A stretch of DNA of 17,884 bases from Myxococcota bacterium. Lineage in GTDB: Bacteria > Myxococcota_A > Polyangia > Polyangiales > Sandaracinaceae. Location of the stretch: contig JAYZQJ010000153.1 in the NCBI GenBank assembly GCA_036149055.1, positions 1 to 17,884 of the forward strand, written 5' to 3'. The notes below the pieces were generated by a model. The model searched no databases. It was not told the origin of the DNA and saw only the letters and a list, made by a program, of their open reading frames with translations. This document shows, piece after piece, positions 1 through 6,208 of the stretch. The position numbers and the translations under genes were made by a program. The stretch's first letter is position 1, and every line of letters begins with the position of its first letter.

Positions 1-2
1 CA

Positions 3-152
3 GAGATCCGACCGGTAGAAGGGGAGATGGCGCCGGACCGGCGCTTCAGGGCAAGGCGCGACGACGAGTCGATGCCCCGCATCGGCGAGGAGGAGCAACG
101 CCGCCCTGGAGCGTCGGGACAAGCCAGGTCCCCTTCTACCGGGATGGATCTC
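3..152. mobile_element. MITE-like nested palindromic element (left end may extend beyond the window)
   Basis: Imperfect terminal inverted repeat GAGATCC-ga-CCGGTAGAAGGGGA (3-25) / TCCCCTTCTACCGG-gat-GGATCTC (129-152). Inner stem 38-52/103-117 (with G-U pairs) and apical hairpin GTCGATGC-ccc-GCATCGGC (68-86). CTAG at 156-159. Lies just past the murB stop. Confidence 0.6.
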
Positions 153-163
153 GCACTAGCGTC

Positions 164-1222
164 TCACCAGAGCGTCGGCTCGCGGTGGAGCTCGACGCCG
201 AAGCGATCTTTCACCGCCGCGCGGACCCGCTCGGCGAGCTCCAGCAGCTCCCGGGTGGTGCCGCCGCCGTGGTGCACCAGCGCGAGCGCGTGCTTGGTGC
301 TGATGCCCACGTTGCCGTGGCGGGTCCCCTTGCCCATGCCGGCGCGCTCGATCAGCCAGCCGGCCGCGAGCTTGACCCGATCGCCGGCCGGCCAGCGCGG
401 CACCTCGCCCTCGTGGGCGACGATGCCCTCGGCGACGGCCCGCCGGACCACCTCCGCGGCGACCTCGGGGGGGACGATCGGGTTGGTGAAGAACGAGCCG
501 GCGCTCCGGTGGTTCTCGTCGGCGAAGTCGAGCACCATCGACTTGCGGCGCCGCAGCGCGATCACCGTCTCGCGCACGTCCGAGAGCGACGGCGTCGCCC
601 GCCCCTCGAGCGCCCGCTCCAGCTCCGCGTAGCGGATCGCCGGGGCGCCGCCGGCCGTGAGCGCGAAGGTCACCGCCAGCACCACGTAGCGGTCGGGGTG
701 CTGCTTGAAGAAGCTGTCGCGGTAGGCGAAGCCGCAGTCCTCGGGCGCCATCGCGCTCACCCGCAGCGACTCCCGGTCGAGCACCCGGACGGAGGTGATC
801 GTCTCCGAGACCTCCTGGCCGTAGGCGCCGACGTTCTGGATCGGCGTCGCGCCGACCCGGCCCGGGATGCCGCTCAGACACTCGAGCCCGGCGAGCCCGG
901 CGGCGACGCAGCGCTCGACGAAGAGATCCCAGTCCTCTCCGGCGGCGGCGGTGACGAGGACCCGGTCGCCCTGGTCGTCCTCCTCGATGCCACGCTGCGC
1001 CATCTCGACCACGAGCCCGGCGTGGCCCTCGTCGGGCACGATGAGGTTGCTGCCCCCGCCGAGGATCCCGACCGGCAGCCCCACCCGCCGCGCCCAGCGG
1101 AGCGCCTGGGTGACCGACGCCTCGTCCTGGGCGCGCAGGTAGTGCTTCGCCCGGCCCCCGAGCCGGAGCGTGGTGCGGGGGCCGAGGGCGACGTCCTCGA
1201 GGATGTCGATGCCGGGGATCAA
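164..1222 (-). CDS. murB: UDP-N-acetylenolpyruvoylglucosamine reductase
   Basis: Motifs GGGSNL, LSGIPGxVGAxPIQNVGAYG, FAYRDSxFK, SAGSFFxNP, HALAL and C-terminal LHREP. TTG start overlaps the serS TGA (TTGA). Confidence 0.96.
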   Translation of the reverse strand: MIPGIDILEDVALGPRTTLRLGGRAKHYLRAQDEASVTQALRWARRVGLPVGILGGGSNLIVPDEGHAGLVVEMAQRGIEEDDQGDRVLVTAAAGEDWDLFVERCVAAGLAGLECLSGIPGRVGATPIQNVGAYGQEVSETITSVRVLDRESLRVSAMAPEDCGFAYRDSFFKQHPDRYVVLAVTFALTAGGAPAIRYAELERALEGRATPSLSDVRETVIALRRRKSMVLDFADENHRSAGSFFTNPIVPPEVAAEVVRRAVAEGIVAHEGEVPRWPAGDRVKLAAGWLIERAGMGKGTRHGNVGISTKHALALVHHGGGTTRELLELAERVRAAVKDRFGVELHREPTLW

Positions 1223-2526
1223 GCGGGCGCGATCGTCTCGAAGCCGACGTAGGGGCGGAGCGCCTCGGGCACGATGACCGAGCCGTCCGCCTGCTGGTAC
1301 TGCTCGAGGATGGCGACGAGCGTACGGCCGACCGCGAGCCCCGAGCCGTTCAGCGTGTGCACGAGCTGCGGCTTCGCCTTGGGCTCGGGCCGGTAGCGGA
1401 TCTTGGCGCGCCGCGCCTGGAAGTCACCGAACCACGAGCAGCTCGAGATCTCGCGGAAGGCGCCCTGACCGGGCAGCCAGACCTCGAGGTCGTAACACTT
1501 CTGCGCCGCGAACCCGAGGTCCTTGGTGCAGAGCTCCATCACCCGGTAGCGCAGGCCGAGCCTCTGGAGGACCGCCTCGGCGTGACCGACCAGCTTCTGG
1601 TGCGTGGCCTCGGCGCGCTCGGGGGCGCAGAAGTGCACGAGCTCGACCTTGTCGAACTGGTGCTGCCGGATGAGGCCCCGGGTGTCCTTGCCGTGGCTGC
1701 CCGCCTCGCTGCGGAAGCACGGCGTGTAGGCGCAGTAGGCGAGGTCGAGCGCGTCCGCCTCGAAGATCTCGTCGGCGTGGTAGTTGGTGATCTGCACCTC
1801 GGCGGTGGGCGACAGGAAGTGCCGCACCCGCTCGGCCTGGTCGCCCTCCTCGTAGTGCCGCTGCACCTGGAAGGCGTCGTTCTCGAACTTCGGGAGCTGG
1901 CCGGTGCCGCGCAGCGCCGAGTCCTTCACCAGCGCCGGGGGCCACAGCTCCTCGTAGCCGTGCTCGCCGGTGTGGAGATCGAGCATGAAGTTGATGAGGC
2001 CGCGCTCGAGCCGGGCCCCCTTGCCGCGGAGCACCGTGAAGCGCGCGCCGCTGATCTTCACCGCCCGCTCGAAGTCGAGGATGCCGAGCGCGCGGCCAAG
2101 GTCGTCGTGCGGCCTGGGCTCGAAGTCGTAGCTCCGCGCCTCGCCCCACACCCGCACCTCGACGTTGTCCTCTTCGCCGGCGCCGACCGGGGTGCTCTCG
2201 TGCGGCAGGTTCGGCAGACCGAGCAGGATCTCGCCCAGCTCCGCCTCGACCGCCTTGTGGCCGCCCTCGAGCTCCTTGATGCGCGCGCCGATGGCCTTCA
2301 TCTCGTCGCGCACCCTGGCGAACTCGTCGCTCTTCTTGTCGACGGTCGCCATCGCCTTGCTGGTCTCGTTGCGCTTCGCCCGGAGCGCCTCGACCTCGGT
2401 GATCGCGCTCCGGCGCTGCTCGGCCAGCTCGGCGAGGCGCTCGAGGGACCCCGGATCGGCGCCGCGCGCCGCGAGCTTCGCCCGCACCTCGTCGAGATGT
2501 TCCGTGACGTGCCGAAGGTCCAACAT
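1219..2526 (-). CDS. serS: Serine--tRNA ligase
   Basis: MLD start, N-terminal coiled coil, LPNLPH, PTAEV, FRSEAGSHGKDTRGLIRQHQFDKVEL, EISSCS, HTLNGSGLAVGRT. Confidence 0.98.
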   Translation of the reverse strand: MLDLRHVTEHLDEVRAKLAARGADPGSLERLAELAEQRRSAITEVEALRAKRNETSKAMATVDKKSDEFARVRDEMKAIGARIKELEGGHKAVEAELGEILLGLPNLPHESTPVGAGEEDNVEVRVWGEARSYDFEPRPHDDLGRALGILDFERAVKISGARFTVLRGKGARLERGLINFMLDLHTGEHGYEELWPPALVKDSALRGTGQLPKFENDAFQVQRHYEEGDQAERVRHFLSPTAEVQITNYHADEIFEADALDLAYCAYTPCFRSEAGSHGKDTRGLIRQHQFDKVELVHFCAPERAEATHQKLVGHAEAVLQRLGLRYRVMELCTKDLGFAAQKCYDLEVWLPGQGAFREISSCSWFGDFQARRAKIRYRPEPKAKPQLVHTLNGSGLAVGRTLVAILEQYQQADGSVIVPEALRPYVGFETIAPA

Positions 2527-2532
2527 GCGGCG

Positions 2533-2574
2533 GCTATAGCACGTTCCGCCTGTGGTAGCGTCGCGCCCCGGAGG
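2533..2574. promoter_or_regulatory. Back-to-back extended -10 promoters for serS and the DUF1517 gene, plus RBS
   Basis: Minus strand TGcTATAGC (2541-2533) lies 6 nt before the serS ATG. Plus strand TGgTAGCGT (2553-2561) and GGAGG (2570-2574) precede the GTG at 2583. Confidence 0.5.
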
Positions 2575-2582
2575 TCTCGAGC

Positions 2583-3623
2583 GTGCGCAAACGTTGGTTC
2601 CGTTGGGCCTTGGCGGTGGTCGCCGCCATCTGGTTGGGACTCGGCGCCTACCCCGTGGTCGCGCAGTCGACCGGCGGCAGCTTCGGCGGCGGCAGCTTCG
2701 GCGGCGGAGGCGGCGGCGGGAGCAGCTACGGCGGGGGCGGCGGCAGCTTCGGCGGCTCCGGCTACTCGGGCGGCAGCTACTCCTCCGGCTCCTACTCGGG
2801 CGGCGGCGGCGGCGGCGGCGGGCTCCCCTGCGGCTGCATCCTCCCGCTGTTCATCGGCCTCATCCTCTTCGTCGTCATCACCGGCGCGATGAAGAAGAAG
2901 GGTGGGTCGAGCCACGGCTCCAAGGCGTGGGGCAACGTCGACATCAGCGCCATCCGCCTCGGCATCGACTGGCGCGCGCGGCGGGAGCTGCAGGCCCACC
3001 TCGAGCGGCTCGCGAAGAGCGGCCAGACCGGCACGCAGGCGGGGCTCGCGAGCCTGCTCCGCGAGACCATCCTCGGGCTGCGTCGCGCGGAGCTCGCCTG
3101 GCTCTACGCGAACGTCGCCAACTACAAGCCGATGAGCGCGGCGATGGCCGAGGGCATCTTCCGCCAGCTCGGCACCGACGCCCGCTCGCGGTTCCGGCAC
3201 GAGCTGGTGCGCAACGCGGACGGCAGCACCTCCGAGGTGAGCGTCCCCGAGATGCGCGCGCGCCCCGAGGAGGGCGAGGGCGTGGTGGTCGTGACCCTCA
3301 TCGTCGCCGCGCGGCGCGAGATCCTGGACGTCGCCCAGGTGCAGGACGCCAACGCGCTCAAGGCGCTGCTCGACGACATGGTGGCGGTCGCCAACCCGCA
3401 CACGCTGATGGCGATGGAGGTGATCTGGTCACCCGCCGCCGAGAACGACCGCATGAGCACCGCCGAGCTCGAGCAGTTTTACCCGCAGCTGCAGAAGATC
3501 GACGAGCGCTCGATCGCCGGCCGCGTCTTCTGCAGCTACTGCAAGGGCCCGTTCGCGATGGAGCTGCTGCAGTGCCCGCACTGCGGCGCCCCGGCGCCCG
3601 GCGCGGACGACGCCCACACCTGA
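2583..3623 (+). CDS. DUF1517 (FLAP1-like) membrane protein with C-terminal zinc ribbon
   Basis: Signal/TM segment, STGGSFGGGSF followed by a Gly/Ser tract, a TM helix, GLASLLRETILGLRR, VVVTLIVAA, EVIWSP...MSxxEL...YPQL, then CSYC-x10-CPHCG. GGAGG RBS upstream. Confidence 0.82.
   Translation: MRKRWFRWALAVVAAIWLGLGAYPVVAQSTGGSFGGGSFGGGGGGGSSYGGGGGSFGGSGYSGGSYSSGSYSGGGGGGGGLPCGCILPLFIGLILFVVITGAMKKKGGSSHGSKAWGNVDISAIRLGIDWRARRELQAHLERLAKSGQTGTQAGLASLLRETILGLRRAELAWLYANVANYKPMSAAMAEGIFRQLGTDARSRFRHELVRNADGSTSEVSVPEMRARPEEGEGVVVVTLIVAARREILDVAQVQDANALKALLDDMVAVANPHTLMAMEVIWSPAAENDRMSTAELEQFYPQLQKIDERSIAGRVFCSYCKGPFAMELLQCPHCGAPAPGADDAHT
2672..2823 (+). repeat. Gly/Ser low-complexity coding tract (GGC-rich, GGSF/GGSY units)
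   Basis: Repeated GGCGGCAGCTTC/TAC units and (GGC)n runs within the DUF1517 ORF. Confidence 0.8.
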
Positions 3624-4628
3624 TCAGGAGGCCGGGGGGTTGCCGATCTCGCCGAGGAACGCTCGGTAGTCGTCGGCGACCCCCACGCCTTCGATCACGG
3701 CCACCGCCTCCGCCATCGCCCGATCGGGGCGGGCGCCGCGCGCCTCGAGCGACCCGGCGATGTGGCGCGCGATGGCGACCCGCGACGCGAGGTCGCGCCG
3801 GGCGTCCTCGAAGCTGCCGAAGAAGGCCCACTCGAGCGACCACACGTAGTCGGCGACCCAGTCGCGCAGGATCTCCTCGGCGTCGCCGGGCACCGAGCGC
3901 GCCTCGGCGCGGTCGAAGGCGTCGGCCCACTCGAGGGTGGCGTCGACGTGGTCGGTCGAGCGCCCCCCGAGGGCCAGGATGGCCGCGCCGAAGCAGCGCA
4001 CCGCGGCGCCGAAGCGCCCGCCTCCCTCCTCGAGGGCGAATTCCTCCCCGAGCGCGAGCCAGCGCTCCGGGGCGCCCGAGAGCGGCGGGGCGTCGAGCAC
4101 GTCGAGCGGGTCCTCGCGTCGCAGCCGCGCCAGGAGCGCCGACTCGATCCGCTCCCACTCCTCCACGCTCACCGCGCGGTCGTCGTCGATCCAGAGCGGT
4201 CCGGCGATGTGCCGCGACGGCTTCGGCGTGACCGCCAGCGCGGCGTCGGCCTTCAGGGGCGCGCGCTCTCCCATGGTGCGGCAGGGGCACCGGTGCTCGG
4301 TGCAGACGCGGCCGCCGGTCGGGGTGGCGACGAGCATGAAGGGGAACTGTCGACAGGTGGCCGGCTTCACCTCGGGGCCGAGCCGCGCGTGCAGCTCGCA
4401 GGTCCCGGCGCCGGCGAACATGCAGCGCCCCTCGACCGTGGTCACGAGCACCCGGTCGTCGCCGCTCCACCCGAGGATGCGCTCGTCGATCGCGCCGAGC
4501 AGCCGCGCCTCGTCTTCGGTCACCGGACCGAGCAGGTGCACGTCGCTGCAGCACAGCCCGTCGCCGTGACAGGTGAAGCGCGCGCCGGGGCGAACGCGCA
4601 GGGGGTGCAGCTTCGTCTCACCGGCCAT
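3624..4628 (-). CDS. YkgJ-like (CxxCxxCC) Cys-cluster putative Fe-S/Zn protein
   Basis: FTCHGDGLCC near the N-terminus, RCMF...CELH...KPATCRQFPF, and an extra CTEHRCPC. High GC3. Its stop abuts the stop of the convergent gene (TGA/TCA at 3621-3626). Confidence 0.78.
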   Translation of the reverse strand: MAGETKLHPLRVRPGARFTCHGDGLCCSDVHLLGPVTEDEARLLGAIDERILGWSGDDRVLVTTVEGRCMFAGAGTCELHARLGPEVKPATCRQFPFMLVATPTGGRVCTEHRCPCRTMGERAPLKADAALAVTPKPSRHIAGPLWIDDDRAVSVEEWERIESALLARLRREDPLDVLDAPPLSGAPERWLALGEEFALEEGGGRFGAAVRCFGAAILALGGRSTDHVDATLEWADAFDRAEARSVPGDAEEILRDWVADYVWSLEWAFFGSFEDARRDLASRVAIARHIAGSLEARGARPDRAMAEAVAVIEGVGVADDYRAFLGEIGNPPAS

Positions 4629-4836
4629 GGGACCCCGTACCGCATCCCCCCGCGCGTGTCACTGCCGCCCAGGCTGCAAGGCTTCACCCCCCGCCCGCCG
4701 TCGTGACGCGAGCCCCGCCTCACCCCGGCCCATGTGCCTCGCATTCGACGCCCCTCGAGCGGCGCGCAGGGCTCGGTACGCCAGCTGCAACGTCTCTTCG
4801 GTGCAACCCATCACCGAACACGAAGGAGACGACGAC

Positions 4837-5016
4837 ATGGGGAAGACCACCCGCACCGCGAAGAACACCGTCAAGCGCGGCACCAAGAAGACCGCCGACG
4901 CCGTCGAGAAGACCGGCGACGCTGCCGCCAGCGTCGTGAAGGGCGCCACCCGCACCGCGCAGCGCGGCGTGAAGAAGGTCACCAACACCGTCAAGCGCGG
5001 GGCCAACAAGGCCTGA
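4837..5016 (+). CDS. Small basic 59-aa peptide of five 11-residue repeats
   Basis: AAGGAG RBS at ~4823-4828, ATG 4837, almost all codons G/C-ending, and a strong hairpin downstream. The longer 4573 start in the ORF track is unlikely. Confidence 0.8.
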   Translation: MGKTTRTAKNTVKRGTKKTADAVEKTGDAAASVVKGATRTAQRGVKKVTNTVKRGANKA

Positions 5017-5035
5017 CGCGCCTCCCCTCCTCCTC

Positions 5036-5067
5036 GATCCGCGGGGCCCATCCGGGCTCCGCGGATC
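5036..5067 (+). terminator. GC-rich hairpin downstream of the small gene, possible terminator
   Basis: GATCCGCGGGGCCC-atcc-GGGCTCCGCGGATC, a 14-bp stem with one G-U pair. No classic U-tract (followed by cctaatt). Confidence 0.45.
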
Positions 5068-5230
5068 CCTAATTCGGGCGCCTGACCGATACGCGGCGGC
5101 CAGCCTCGATCCCGCCGCCAGCCCAGCCCCTTTGCGGCTTCGCGCCTTCGCGAGAGCAAAAAGGGGCGACCGAAGCGTCCCAGCCGACGAGGCTGGAACC
5201 GCGCAGCGGGGGGCCTAGGGGCGTGCCTGA

Positions 5231-6208
5231 ATGTGGCGGGCGCGGACGTGGATGACCGGCTGCGGGTGGGCGTGCATCTCCGGGTGCGACGGCCCGCAGT
5301 CCGCGCTCGCGGCCGCCGGGCGGGACGCGGAGCGCATCGCCGAGCTCTTCTGGTGGATGGGCGCGGGCGCCCTGCTCGTCTGGGGCGCGGTCATGCTCTC
5401 GGCGGTCTACGCCGCGCGGTCCGAGAAGGAGCACGACCCGAAGCTGGCGTCGCGCTTCATCGTCGGCGGGGGCGTGGTGTTCCCCACCGTCGTGCTCACC
5501 GCGCTGCTCTCCTTCGGGCTCGCGATGATGCCCGACCTGCTCGCGCCCGGGGCCGCCTCCGCGCCGCGCATCCGGGTGAGCGGTGAGCGCTGGTGGTGGC
5601 GCGTCACCTACGACGTCGACGGCCGCCCGGTCGAGCTCGCCAACGAGCTGCGGCTGCCGGTCGGGGAGCGGGCCGGGCTGACGCTGGTGAGCCCCGACGT
5701 GATCCACGCCTTCTGGGTCCCCTCGCTGGCCGGCAAGGTCGACATGATCCCCGGGCGGGAGAACCGCATGGCCCTCGAGCCGACCCGCATCGGGCTCTAC
5801 CGCGGCGCGTGCGCCGAGTTCTGCGGCGGGGCCCACGCGATGATGGCGTTCCACGTCGAGGTGCTCGAGCGGCCCGCGTTCGACGTCTGGCTCGCCGAGC
5901 AGGCCCGCCCCGCCGCGCCGCCGGAGGGCGCGCGAGCCACCGAAGGCGCGCGGGTGTTCGACGTGCACGGCTGCGGCGCGTGCCACGCGGTCCGCGGGAC
6001 CCACGCCGACGGAACCGTCGGGCCCGACCTCACCCACGTCGGCGGCCGGCACCGCATCGCCGGCGTGCTCCCGAACGACGTCGAGGGCTTCCGCCGCTTC
6101 GTCCGTGACCCCGCCGCGGTGAAGCCCCACGCCGAGATGCCGGCCTACGCGACGCTCTCCGACGACGAGCTCGACGCGCTGGCCCACTACCTGGATGGCC
6201 TGCGATGA
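5231..6208 (+). CDS. coxB: Cytochrome c oxidase subunit II fused to a C-terminal cytochrome c (caa3-like)
   Basis: Two TM helices, RWWWRVTY aromatic loop, DVIHAFW, CuA motif CAEFCGGAHAMM, heme c motif CGACH with distal MP. Possible lipobox ISGC. Start could be 5231 or 5252. Confidence 0.93.
   Translation: MWRARTWMTGCGWACISGCDGPQSALAAAGRDAERIAELFWWMGAGALLVWGAVMLSAVYAARSEKEHDPKLASRFIVGGGVVFPTVVLTALLSFGLAMMPDLLAPGAASAPRIRVSGERWWWRVTYDVDGRPVELANELRLPVGERAGLTLVSPDVIHAFWVPSLAGKVDMIPGRENRMALEPTRIGLYRGACAEFCGGAHAMMAFHVEVLERPAFDVWLAEQARPAAPPEGARATEGARVFDVHGCGACHAVRGTHADGTVGPDLTHVGGRHRIAGVLPNDVEGFRRFVRDPAAVKPHAEMPAYATLSDDELDALAHYLDGLR

Noticed and set aside
27..160. ORF start at 27 with a GGGGAG RBS-like sequence
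   Set aside because: The purine run is part of the inverted repeat, and the ORF runs antisense to murB with no protein-like features.
3621..3626. Abutting convergent stops forming TGATCA
   Set aside because: A natural result of two TGA stops in compact convergent genes. No evidence of a recombination site.
4653..4710. Possible inverted repeat (GTCAC...GTGAC) or riboswitch in the divergent spacer
   Set aside because: Short, imperfect and expected by chance at this GC content. No aptamer consensus recognised.
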